From NCBI RefSeq assembly GCF_009914755.1, contig NC_060934.1: 64,000 bases of DNA; one strand, 5' to 3'. The notes beneath the pieces are model-generated. The model did no database searches. It was given only the letters and a program-made list of their open reading frames with translations, and was not told the DNA's origin. The translations under genes and the position numbers were made by a program. Positions 14,950 to 29,535 of the stretch are shown piece after piece. Source of the stretch: the human T2T-CHM13v2.0 reference genome, Homo sapiens. Position 1 is the stretch's first letter, and each line of letters starts with the position of its first letter.

Positions 14950-15290
14950 AAAATTATGTTTTTGTTGGCAAATAATCATATATTATATATTTATGGGGCA
15001 CATGTGATATTTTGGTATATGTTTACATTGTGGAATGATTACATCAAGCTTAACACATCCATCACCTTGCTTATTTATTAATTTGTTTTGTTTTTTTTTT
15101 TTGGAGACAGGGTCTTGCTGTTGCCCAGGCTGGAGTGCAGTGCAGTGGTGCAATCACAGCTCACTACAGCCATGAGCTCCTGGGCTCAAGTGATCCTCCT
15201 GCCTCAGCTTCCCGCAGTGTTGGGATTACACGCATGAGCCACTGTGCCAGGCCTTATATTTTTGTGTTGAAAATATTTAAAATCTACTCT
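14950..15290 (-). mobile_element. L1MA-type 3' UTR fragment interrupted by an Alu monomer (FRAM/FAM-like, 15085-15254)
   Basis: TATATATTTATGGGGCACATGTGATATTTTG...ACATCCATCACC, resuming TTTGTGTTGAAAATATTTAAAATCTACTCT. Confidence 0.75.
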
Positions 15291-15346
15291 GACACAACTT
15301 TTACTGATGGGGATGGACTCAGGGTTGGAAGATTAGCACCTGATAG

Positions 15347-15594
<248 letters not shown>

Positions 15595-15599
15595 ATCAT

Positions 15600-16452
15600 T
15601 TTGTAAAGGAAAGAGAGCTACAGACAGGGATGTGGAGAAGAGACACTAAGGGAGAGAAGTTCAATGGGGATTTATTTTGCAGGGAAAGGAATCATAAAAC
15701 GCTGAGCACTGTGCAGGGTGAGCAGCCTCCTCAGCCTCCTCAGCCTTCTCTCTGGAACCTTCCATACAATCTGCGTGGTTCACTGTCCCAGTGGCAAGCT
15801 ATGGCTCTTCCTTTTCAAATCAGCCCTTCCAGGCGCTTTTTTCCGGTGCTTGGGCTGAGCTTACAGGGAAGCGTGGCTCCAGTGTCTCTTCTAGGTTCTG
15901 CCGGTAGGGGGCGTGGGAGGGAGACTGCAAGGCTGGAGGGCTCATTTATTCCTGTTTACCTCCTGTTCAGTCCCCATGAAGCCATTCTGGCTGGTCCTAC
16001 CTGTCAGGAGCGTTTCATTCCAGCAATGCCAGCTGCAGGAACAGCTGAATCCAGCTAGCAATTTTTCCAGTGCTGGCAGAGCCAGCTTCATCCTACTTCC
16101 TTGGACACCAGCCCTAGCTGCCAGAGCCCTTTCCTCAGAGCTCAGTGTTCAGGCCCACAGACCCCTCCTCTCAGGTCAGAGATACCAGCACCAGACAGCA
16201 GCCCTGACCCCAGAGGTCTGAGTTGCAGCTCACGGGGATCTTCCTCCAAGCTTCTCCGTTTTGATAATTCCAGCTCTCCTCTTGCTCGCCAGTCCTTGGA
16301 GTAGCTGCTTCCTGCAACAGCGGCCTCTTTGATTCCCTGCTGCCCTTCTCTTTGCCTTTCAAGTTACCCAGTTAGCAATGATTTATATCAAATTCTCCCG
16401 GTTAGAATAACTGGCGTCGGTTCCATCTCCTGACTGGATCCTGACTGACATA
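15600..16452 (+). mobile_element. ERVL solo LTR, LTR41-like
   Basis: 3' end AAATTCTCCCGGTTAGAATAACTGGCGTCGGTTCCATCTCCTGACTGGATCCTGACTGACA resembles the LTR41/LTR52 terminus. Carries a CTCF-like motif. Confidence 0.6.
15898..15916 (+). promoter_or_regulatory. CTCF-like motif inside LTR
   Basis: CTGCCGGTAGGGGGCGTGG is close to the CTCF core CCASYAGRKGGCR (one mismatch). Confidence 0.55.
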
Positions 16453-16909
16453 CTTAGGAATGCCTGAGAAGTGGATTCTCTTCTGGGGGCATTGCAAAGA
16501 GAACTACTAAGTATTGCTGCAGGAATAACTTGGGGGGAAATAATACAGACTCGCTTTTCACAAAAACACAGCTGTGTCTGAGTTGTACTAATATTGCCTT
16601 CCCTCTCCCATTCGGTTTTCTGCCTTATAATTTATTTTTCATAATGTCCAGCAAATAAAAGTGTGGTCTGAGAGGAGAGAACCCCCTCTCTAAACTGAGA
16701 AAGCTGTTACTCTTGGCTTCAGCTGTTGCCAAACCCAACCTTCAAAATGCCTCTCTGAGAAGCCAGGGAGACCTGTGGTTGATGCTTCTCTGGAGCTGTG
16801 GTCCTATCTGGACACGTAGCAAATGACTTTATTGTGGGGGCTGCTTCCTGGCAGATCACACAAACCATTCCATAAAGGAAGACCTTCGTGTCTTTAAAAT
16901 TCACGTGGA

Positions 16910-17419
<510 letters not shown>

Positions 17420-17445
17420 TCATCTCAAACACCTGGTTAGTTTTT

Positions 17446-17760
<315 letters not shown>

Positions 17761-17839
17761 ACACCTGGTTAGTTTTGACTTTAGGGTCACTATACATCAC
17801 ATAACTGGATGTTCTCTCTTTGCAGTGGCTGCTGAACAT

Positions 17840-18132
17840 TTTATTTTTTTGAAACAAGATCTCTCTCTGTCACCCAGGCTGGAGTTCAGCGGTGCAATCA
17901 TGGCTCAATGTAACCTTGACCTCCCAGGCTCAAGTGATCCTCCCACTTCAGCCTCCACAATAGCTGGGACTACAAGGCAGGCACCACCAAGCCTGGCTAA
18001 TTTTGTATTTTTCGTAGAGACAGGGTTTTTCCATGTTGCCTAGGGTGGTCTCCAACTCCTGGGTTCAAATGGTCCACCTACCTTGGCCTCCCAAAGTGCT
18101 GAGATTACAGGTGTGAGCCACCGTGCCTGGCC
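17840..18132 (-). mobile_element. AluJ
   Basis: Antisense dimer with approximate TSD GCTGAA(C/T)ATTTT. Confidence 0.9.
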
Positions 18133-19201
18133 ACAAGCTGAATATTTTAGACTCAAGTTTATGTCTGACACCTCCAGGGCCGTGTAGAAATCCAGTGGTA
18201 TACTACACATTCACTGGCCTGCCTCCTCTCCTGTCCTTTTGCCTGTTTCTTCACTTTTTTAATTTAGATTTTTATTGCAGCATATATAGATTTTTTAAAT
18301 AAATAATCAGTCTTTGAATGTTTGACATGATCTAGAGGAAACTGACTACAACGTCGTTTCCCCATTTTCCATCTCAACATTTGGTAGAGATGGGCTCTCC
18401 TAGAGTGAGCCAAATTTACATCGCTGTTTTGCAGTGGTTAATGTAGAATGTTTTTGCAATATCACACTCATGACAGGGCACATCCAATGAACATTTGACT
18501 GAAGATAACACTAGATTCCAGAAAGTATCTAGACACTAGAAAGCAGGCGGTGATAATGGTAGTTAATTAACAATAACAATGTCAAGTGTCTGGCTTTTGC
18601 CCTTCTCTAATAAACCTAAAGAACAGACATTAACTCGGCTAAATTTGCCCTTACTTTCTTACAGCCTTCATTATTTAATTTTTGAATCAGTAAGCGCTTC
18701 CCACGGGGGTCACCTTGTTTGTCATCTTGTCATCTGGCTGTGTCCCATCATCATTAGAAATACTTGCAATTTCCCCTTTCTCCCATGTCTGCATCTATTG
18801 GGAGGGGAATTATGCTAATGGGAATGCTCTATCCTGACTTGCTATCCGATTAGAACTTCCCTTGACTTTTAAAACGCTCCTCCTCGAAAAGCATTCATTT
18901 GAATTGTGCCTAAAGTTATTCCAGCTGTCCTGAGGTATTATCTCAGCCAATCGTTCTTCCTCTGGAGCAAGATCTATTTGTCTATCGTAGTTTGACCCAC
19001 AGTTCCCAACAGATTGTCAGTAACAAGAGCCCAGGAACATCTCTGAAGGGCTTTCATTGAAATCACAGAAGTTCTTTAGTTCTTCACTTCATTAGTAGGC
19101 ATTAGAAAAGCTAGTCAACTTTCTTATTTAATCAGGTGCCTGTTGCTTTGAAAAATTACCGAAAGGAAGAAAGGAGAGACTCACTTAGAGGTATCACTAT
19201 A

Positions 19202-19495
19202 GGCTGGGTGTGGTGGCTCATGCCTGTAATCCTGACACTTTGGGAGGCCGAGGTGGGAGGATTGCTTGAGCCCAAGAGTTCAAGACCAGCCTGGGTCTTG
19301 AACATGGCAAAACCCTGTCTTTATAAAAAAATACAAAAATTAGCCAGACATGATGGTGCATGCCTATAATCCCAGCTACTTGGGAAGCTGAGGTAGGAGA
19401 ATCACTGAGCCCAGGGAGGTTGAGGCTGCACCGAACTGTGATCAGCCATTGTACTCCAGCCCGAATGACAGTGAGACGCAGTCAAAAAAAAAAAA
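19202..19495 (+). mobile_element. AluJ
   Basis: Dimer with J-type TTGCTTGAGCCCAAGAGTT. Confidence 0.9.
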
Positions 19496-19634
19496 TTACT
19501 ATATCATCCATAACTAATTATTAATTAGGATAACTAGGTTTTACCTAAGAGTGAAAACTCATAGCAAACTAAATTATCACACGTCACGGTGAATTGCCAT
19601 AGTCACGGTTCATTCCTTTTCTCGCAACTACAAA

Positions 19635-20072
19635 ATGAATAGATCCAGACCCACTTCAGCAAGGAATATGAAAGGTAAACAGCACATGGGGCCCTTAGCT
19701 GCCTTTTGCAGGACCCTCTCTTTTTCTTCCTAAAGTAGCAATTCACTTATTTCTCTAGGTGGGCACATCACGGAAACTGTCATACTTAATCGGAGCCTGG
19801 AGAGAGAGATTCAAGCATCTCCCTCACATCTGCATAGCAGGAAGGAGCAGAGAGAAATCGAGAAGATTAAGCAGAGAGCTTTCATACCCGAGATAACCCA
19901 GCTGTGTGCAAAATCAAGCCTATTGAACGCGAAAGCACTGCACCACCAAAATAACTGCTTTAACCAGGAAGGAGAAGAACCGATGCCCCAACAGAGCCCG
20001 GAGAGCCACACAGACACAAGTTGCATTTCAAAGTCGCTGCTGTTGTCTCCACCCCACGTGTCTCTGCCTTAA
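19635..20072 (+). CDS. Hypothetical two-exon ORF, 117 aa (exons 19635-19674 and 19759-20072); no recognised homology
   Basis: caaaATG start, donor AAG|GTAAAC and acceptor TTCACTTATTTCTCTAG|G. The spliced frame is open to TAA at 20070-20072, with AATAAA at 20265-20270. Ab initio only. Confidence 0.2.
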
Positions 20073-20294
20073 CCCTTCCTTACCAAAGTTCTGCCTGATC
20101 ATCTTTTTTTTCTTTTCTTTTTTTTTTTTTTGCTATACTTCTTTGAGACAGTGTAAACCAAAATCTTACCTAAAAGCAAGATTTGGGCTTTTGACAACGT
20201 TAGCCATAGGAAAAAAAATTCTATTTTTTTGTAATCTCAGGCGACTAAGTTAAAAGTTAATTCCAATAAAACAACGTTTAACAGTTAACTACTT

Positions 20295-20405
20295 AGGGTA
20301 CTAGCCACATTTCAACTACTCCATAGCCACATGTAGCTGGGTGGCTACTGAATTGGCCAACACAGATGCAGAACATGTCCATCATCATAGAAAGTTCTCT
20401 CGGCC
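20295..20405 (+). mobile_element. MER3 (hAT-Charlie) fragment
   Basis: CTAGCCACATTTCAA..ATAGCCACATGTAGCT..GTGGCTAC..AGAACATGTCCATCATCATAGAAAGTTCT. Confidence 0.8.
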
Positions 20406-20566
20406 ATGGGAGGATTACAGAACTCAGCTTCAAGTATGCACATTTAAGTGTATTCCTAGGAGTTTTCTGATGCTGATAGGATGCCTAACCAGCTTCCTTA
20501 CTGATCTTCTGATATTACTGTGAAAGTGGACTAAGAAACCAGGATTCCCTGGGGTGACTCAGGTTA

Positions 20567-20883
<317 letters not shown>

Positions 20884-21568
20884 GGGAATTATGTTTACTC
20901 TTGCAGGCCTCCAGGCCTCTGCTTGATTTGGGATGTAAAAGGAGACTTATCTGCCTACTCTTTAAAGTAGCCTCTCAAGGTCCCCTTCTCGTCGTGGTAT
21001 GAGCCTCATTTCTTGAGACTCTTATTTCTTTCCAGGATTTATGGCATATTCTGGAGGGAGCGGATTCAGACAGAAAAGCTGGCTCTCTGCTAGTTTTCCC
21101 ATGGGCCAGCCCCCTTGTCAGTGACCAGTCTGCCTCACTGTGTGATGGACAGTGTGTCCTGCCACTGGTAATGGAAACCCAGCAATTGATTGGTCGTTAG
21201 GTTATTTTCAAAGCTCAATATTCAGAATAATCTAAGAGACGCCACATAACCACAAGGACACACAAGGCTCTCATAACCCTCTCAACACAAGGCGCACTTT
21301 TCTTCTTTCCATCCCAGCAACAAACTGACAACCCAGTCAGCACTTAAGTTGGGGGAAAAACTAATTAAAAGAAGAATCTACCACCTATAGGTTAAAACAA
21401 AAAAACGCAATTGCAGCTGTCTTCTCCATGCCAGAGGCCTGTGGTTTGAATTTCAATATCTTCATCTACTTTCTGTCCTGTGGTTCCTTTTATTCTTTAT
21501 TTCTTGTCACTATCTCTTATTTGTAGACACAAATGTTCCATATTAAAACCTAATCTTTAAAAAGAGAA

Positions 21569-21863
21569 AGACTGGGCTCAGTGGCTCACGCCTGTAATCC
21601 CAACACTTTGGGAGGCCGAGGCAGGAGGATCACTTGAGGTCAGGAGTTCATGACCAGCCTGGGCAACACGGCGAAACCCCATTTTTACTAAAAAATAAAT
21701 ACAAAAAAAAATTAGCCGGGCGTGGTGGCATGCTCCTGTAATCCCAGCTACTCGGAAGGCTGAGGCTCGAGAATCACTTGAACTTGGGAGTCAGAGGTTG
21801 CAGTGAGCTGAGATCGCGCCACTACACTCCAGCAGCCTGGATGACAGAGTGAGACGCTATCTC

Positions 21864-21891
<28 letters not shown>
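21569..21891 (+). mobile_element. Alu (S/J)
   Basis: Full dimer with long poly-A, flanked by AAAAGAGA. Confidence 0.92.
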
Positions 21892-21894
<3 letters not shown>

Positions 21895-22308
21895 AGACAG
21901 AGAAACAAAATATTTTTTTAATTGCATAAAATCCTAAAGGTGAGATCCACAGGCTCATGCCCCACTGATTGGAATGCAAAATGCTACAATATCTCTGGAA
22001 GTAATTTCATCCAGACCAATCAGTGACCTTAAAATAATTTGTAATCTTGGACCTAATACCTCTACTATTAGGGAGCTGGCCTACGAAGACTTCTGCCCAA
22101 GGATGGTCATCACAGTATTATTTATAATTCTCCCAAGCTGAAGAGAAGACCTGAAATGTTCCAAAGAGGGAAATGGTTAGATAAGCAACATATTTATAAA
22201 CAACATTCCAGAGTGTTCTGGAATGTCATACAAACTTTCCAGGTCATGTTTTAGAAGAACAATTAATACTACAAAAGATGCTCATATTATTATGTTAAGT
22301 GTCTATAT

Positions 22309-22550
22309 CAGTGGTCCCCAATCTTTTTGGCACCAGGGACTGGTTTCATGAAAGACAATTTTTCCACGGATGGGGGTGGGGTGATGGTTTCGGGATGATT
22401 CAAGCGCATTACATTTATTGTGCACTTAATTTCTGTTATTATTACATTGTAATATATAATTAAATAATTCTACAACTCACTATCAGGCAGAATCAGTGGG
22501 AGAATCATGGACTGGAACCAGTCCATGGCCCAGGGGCTGGGGACCCCCTG
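22309..22550 (+). mobile_element. MER1A (hAT-Charlie), internally deleted
   Basis: Termini CAGTGGTCCCCAA...GGGGACCCCCTG, 8-bp TSD GTCTATA(T/G), and diagnostic GATTCAAGCGCATTACATTTATTGTGCAC. Confidence 0.9.
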
Positions 22551-22755
22551 GTCTATAGTACAATATAACCCTGTGTATAAAATGTGACTTTAACACAGGC
22601 CCCAGTCTTTTTGTCTGTAAAATGTATTAATTACATTGTCCTTCCCCTTTTAAGGTTTTCTGCAAGAGTTAAAGAAAATACACCTCATCAATTGCTTAGC
22701 AGAATGCTCAACACTAGCAGGACAGCTATAAATGTCAGCTAATCATCCTAGGTAA

Positions 22756-22756
<1 letters not shown>

Positions 22757-22789
<33 letters not shown>
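22757..22789. repeat. (CA)n microsatellite
   Basis: Direct reading. Confidence 0.95.
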
Positions 22790-22792
<3 letters not shown>

Positions 22793-22988
22793 GGGAAGGA
22801 GAAGGAAGATTAGGAAGCAACACACAATGTATTAGTAGGCAGTGGGGTTACTAGTGTTTTTTATATACTTTTTTATTTCCCTCTTTATACTGTTTACATT
22901 TTCAGTGTTATACAATAAGCATACATTACTTCTGTAATCAGAAGAAGTCAGTATAAACCTCACCTTAATATAATGAAACAAAATTGTT

Positions 22989-23300
22989 GGCTGGGCGCAG
23001 TAACTCACACCTGTAATCCTAGCACTTTGGGAGGCTGAGGCCAGGGGATCGCTTGAACTTAGGAGTTCAAGACCAGGGCAACACAGTGAGACTTCATCTC
23101 TACAGAAAATGCAAAACTTAGTCAGGCATGGTGGTGTGCGCCTGTTCTCCCGGCTACTTGAGAGGCTGAGGTGAAGGATGGCCTGAGCCCAGTAGATGGA
23201 GGTTGTAGTGAGCTATGATCACACTACTGGCCTCCAGCCTGAGCAACAGAGCCAGACCCAGCCTCAAAAGAAACAAACGAAACCAAGCAGAAAACAAAAA
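22989..23300 (+). mobile_element. AluJ
   Basis: Diverged dimer with degenerate tail. Confidence 0.9.
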
Positions 23301-24135
23301 CCAAAGTTATTGCTTAAATCCTACATGCTGCCTTGAAGCTATTGTAGGCCAGAGTTCTGGATGTAACTGCTGAGGGATAAAGTGTGTTGTTCAGGGTGCC
23401 AATGGCCCTGGGCTCCCCCAGGTCTCTGGGGAGGGCTGTCCTCTCTGTCACAGAAAATGTCATTAGCACACTCACCCACTCCCGCCTTACTCATATGCTC
23501 TCATGTTATCTACCGCGTGGATGCTGCAGGGGGTGACATCCTAGTTAGTCCCAAGAGCCAGACTGCCCAAAGCTCACTCTAGCGAGCCCTGCCTTGGGGA
23601 AGGAGGAGGGGACTCTGCGAACCTCCTACCTGGGCTGAAGGAAGGCCACTCACTCCCCCACCCCTCCCAACCTCAGCTGTCTGTGCTCCTGGTAGGCCAC
23701 TCACCCCCTGCCTACAGGCTTGGAATGTCAAGGCCATGATGACCTCTGGCCTCCCCTGAACCCAGAGCTTTCCCTTTACAAGGAAGGGGAGACTGAGACC
23801 TGGAGCAGGGCTAAGAAAGGCACAGTTTGGGACTCTGGCCTCTTCTCATGCACCTGTATCTGTCCCATGCCTGGTTCCCATTCCCGGATCCTTGGAAGAT
23901 CCATATTGATGAAACAGTAAAGGGTGATGGGCACTGAAAGGCCGCTAAGTTGCTCCCTGAACTTTTTCCCCTCCCAAACTCTCCTGTGGTCTTCAGTATT
24001 TAACAGGAACCTCTTGACACTCTGGAGGGGTGAGCTTCTCATAGGAGGCCCGTGGTAGGGAGGCTGTGGGAGAGGTCAGGCACTGTATACCTTCCCACCA
24101 TCTGTGAATGGTTCCATTTCCAAGGCCACAGTAAA

Positions 24136-24275
24136 TGCAGGGTTGAAGGATTCCTCCCGGAATCCTTCCTTTCCTCTTCCTCACTTTCCTTGCCTTGTGG
24201 CCTCATCACTCCAATATCTCTGCTGCCGTCTTCACTTGGCATCCTCCTCTGTGTGTCTCTCCTGACACTTTTCTT
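24136..24275 (-). repeat. Inverted copy of the MLT1 segment at 24959-25092
   Basis: About 88% identical to the reverse complement of 24959-25092 by manual alignment. Confidence 0.85.
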
Positions 24276-24363
24276 CTCCTGACACTTGATAATTTTGTCA
24301 AGTTATTTGACAAAATAATTGGATTTCTGGGTGCCTCTATCCACGCTGGCATTTTAACACTCC

Positions 24364-25525
<1,162 letters not shown>

Positions 25526-25767
25526 CCCCTGAATTCCAGAGGTCCTGGAATGAGGTCCCTGAACACATACCCTGCAATACCCTGCCTTCTTATATTTGCT
25601 CAAACTCAACCACACAGCATGGACCTTCAGTATCATTTACTGAGCACCTAATATGTGCCAGCCAGGAGTAGGTGCTAAAGACCACAGATGGACAAGTCAG
25701 GGTCCTGGCCCCTAAGGAGTCAGTCGTAAGCATCTCCAATAGCCGCACTGTATCATGTGGGCCTTGA

Positions 25768-26094
<327 letters not shown>

Positions 26095-26259
26095 CAGATA
26101 TTCAATTTTTAGGAAGTTTTATCTTATGGGGGAAAGAAAATGAAATTTTTAGTTTAGAAGAACTAGGTTCCTATCCCCCCATCTCACTTCCCTGGTATAA
26201 CAGTACTAGTCAAATAAATTAATGTATAATGTTTGAGAATATAAACAACATTATTAGCT

Positions 26260-26490
26260 AATTTTTTTGAGAGCTTACACTGTATTAGCTCTATTCTAAG
26301 CATGTCAATCACTTAATCCTCTCAAAAACCCTATGTGGCAGGTACTGTCATAATCCCCAATGAACAGGTAGGAGAAAACCAAAGCTTGGAAAAGTGAGGC
26401 TGCTTGCTCAGTGTTCCTGATTCAGTGAGAGGCAGATTCTGGGTTTGAAGTCACTTGGGTCTGGTTTGAGGGCCTAAGCTTTGAATTACT
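26260..26490 (-). mobile_element. MIR
   Basis: CACTTAATCCTCTCAAAAACCCTATGTGGCAGGTACTG..ATCCCCAAT. Confidence 0.7.
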
Positions 26491-28023
26491 GTGTTCCAAA
26501 ATAGCTCCTTAAGGCACGCATCACTATTGCATGGACCAGAAGACAGAGGTTCAGGTATTTCTACAGAACTGCTATAGGAATCAAACCGTATCATGCGTGC
26601 TATCTGTCAAGAGCCAGTTCCTATTTCTCTTAAATCCCATCCTCCTTTCTCCTGCCATGATAAGATCTTTAGGGTCAAAGATTGTATTCTACTTATCTTG
26701 GGTCCTCCTCCAGCTTAGCCTGCTATCCCCATCAGAGCAAATGATAATTGTGTGTCTACCACAGGCCAGGCTGGATCGTGATGTATTTCAACGTTCCAAA
26801 GTCCTCGAAGCGTTTGAGGCTGGCAACTAACAGTTAAGTAAGAATCACAAGAATGATTCAAATTAGTGTGAAAACTGTCATGCATTATAGCACATTATAA
26901 ACCCATTTCCTAATGGAAGTTGCAGAGGGGCTGCCATGAGAGAGATTTAAGTTTGAAGGGCTTAAAAGCCTGATTATCTCTCAGTGATGCCTCAGCACTG
27001 GGGAAGTGGCTGCCTGGTGTTTCTCTCTGTGATGGAGACCTGTGTGGTGTAATGAAGCAGCACAGAGCTCTGAGATGATGCCTGGGGTACAGACAGACAT
27101 CCCCTGTGATCCTTCCAACAGTAAGTCTTTGTTGGGGCTGCAGAAAAAGTGTCCCAGGGTAGCTCCAAATTGCATCTCTTCTCCCAGGGAGAGGAGGTGA
27201 GCTGTGCCCTTCTACCCAGCACCACACCCCTCACCTTCCCTATGGGATCCCCACTAACAAGGGGCCACCACCGATATCCAGTGGCACTGAGGACTGCAGG
27301 AGCAGCATGGGAGGAGATGCTTTGGGAGAATATGAAGGACAAGAGGTGGCACATCACTAGCCTTTGCCTGCTTAGACCTTTTGTTTCTAGGGAAAGGTGG
27401 AACAGCTCCCATTATCCTTTCAGCTTCATCTAAATGACCTCCACCCCACCCCCACCTTGTCAGAGGACAAAGGCGTGGATCAGATGTTTGCTGTGAGCTC
27501 CTAGCATCCAGGGATCTCATTTCCCCCTTAATGGAAAAGCAGATCTACTCCCCCGATACCGAATAAAACTCCTTAGTCTCTGTGATGTCCGCTGCCAGCT
27601 CAGCTCTCCCACTCTAGATGCTGGATACCATGAAAAAAACGATATACACACAGTAGATCCTTAATGTGCATGAAGATGTCTTGAAACCAGAGTAGGAGAC
27701 CAGGAGGATGACTGATACTTGTTGTGGGCAATAAGTGAGTTGTTTTTAGGGAAGGGATTTCAAAATTTGGAAACTGTAAGTACCTTAATGCCTTTGGAAT
27801 GAACTGCTTAGCACCTATGGTGGCTGAGCAGGAGATGCTGGGATGGTTTACTTATGAATGCATTTTTCATGATGGTCCAGGTATGTGTTGGCTGTATCTT
27901 TTTTCTCTGACCTTAATTCTGCTGCCATGAAGAAGAAAGTGGAGTAGATTTCCCTCAAGGGTGTGAAGCCCTCGGAGAAGTCACTTACGGCAAACCACAT
28001 GCTGGGTTCAGAAATCTAGGATA

Positions 28024-28345
<322 letters not shown>

Positions 28346-28399
28346 ACAGGGTACATCAGAACCTTCATGGTTGAAATGATGAATATTTATTCCACATGT

Positions 28400-28570
28400 A
28401 CTATGGACCAGGTACTCTGGTAATTGCTCTAAAAGCATGATCTTGTTTAATTTTCTCAACAGCCATGTGAGGTAGGTGCTGCTATTATCTTTGAGCTCAG
28501 AGAGGGTAAGTAGCTTGTCTGAGGCCACACAGACAGTCATCAGTAAAGCCGGTATTCAAGCTCTGGTCCA
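28400..28570 (-). mobile_element. MIR
   Basis: TTTAATTTTCTCAACAGCCATGTGAGGTAGG..AGAGAGGGTAAGTAGCTTGTCTGAGGCCACACAG. Confidence 0.7.
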
Positions 28571-28785
28571 GGTTTTAACACCACCAAAGATTCTCAAAGT
28601 GACCAGTCCTGATGGGACTAGATCATCCCTCAGGTTGCCCTGGGCTAGGATGGTCTGCACAAACAAAACCATCCCACAGAACAGGAGAGCCAGAGGGAGG
28701 TAAAGCATGGCAGCAAGCCAGCCCATCATGTTCTCTGTCTGTATAAATCCCACCCTCAATTGGAGAGTCTCCCCACTAGGGGTGG

Positions 28786-29274
28786 TGATATGGTTTGGCT
28801 GTGTCCCCACCCAAATCTCATCTTGAATTGTAGCTCCCATAATCCCCAAGTGTTGCGGGAGGGACCTGATGGGAAGTAATTGAATCATGGGGGTGGTTTA
28901 CCCCATAAAGTTCTCATGGTAGTGAATAAGTCTCCTGAGATCTGATGGTTTTATAAGGGGAAACCCCTTTCACTTGGGTTTCGTTCTCTCTTATCTGCCC
29001 CCATGTAAGACATGCCTTTCAACTTCTGCCATGCTGTTCTCGTGATAGTAAATAAGTCTCACGAGATCTGATGGTTTTGTAAAGGGCAGTTCCCCTGCGC
29101 AAGCTCTCTTGGCTGCCGCCATGTAAGATGTGTGTTTGCTCTTCCTTCGCCTTCTGCCATGACTGTGAGGCCTCCCCAGCCATGTGGAACTGTGAGTCCG
29201 TTAAACCTCTTTTTCTTTTTTAATGACCTAGTCTCAGGCTTTTCTTCATAGCAGTCTGGAAATGGACTCATACA
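28786..29274 (+). mobile_element. THE1 solo LTR, chimeric/internally duplicated (489 bp)
   Basis: TGATATGGTTTGGCTGTGTCCCCACCCAAATCTC...GACTCATACA with 5-bp TSD GGTGG. Confidence 0.93.
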
Positions 29275-29429
29275 GGTGGTCCTCAGAGTCCTTGGAAATG
29301 ACACCTCCTAGAGAAGTACAGAGCCCAGCCTGCAGAACTCTACCTGGAGGCCCTGAACACAGATCTTCAAACCCCAACCCACATCCCATGTCTGGGCAGT
29401 CATGCTGCATGAAGTCCCAGGCTGGGAGT

Positions 29430-29535
29430 TGGCTGACATTGGATCTAGCTTTGACTGTGTCACATACAAGCTGAACGACCTTAGACAAGTAACTCAACCT
29501 CTCTGAACCTCAGTTTTCTCTCTGGAAAATAAAAG
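29430..29535 (+). mobile_element. MIR fragment
   Basis: GACCTTAGACAAGTAACTCAACCTCTCTGAACCTCAGTTTTCTC. Confidence 0.7.

Noticed and set aside
22506-22527. Perfect hairpin CATGGACTGG-AA-CCAGTCCATG
   Set aside because: Corresponds to the internal palindrome near the MER1 end, and is too short for a pre-miRNA.
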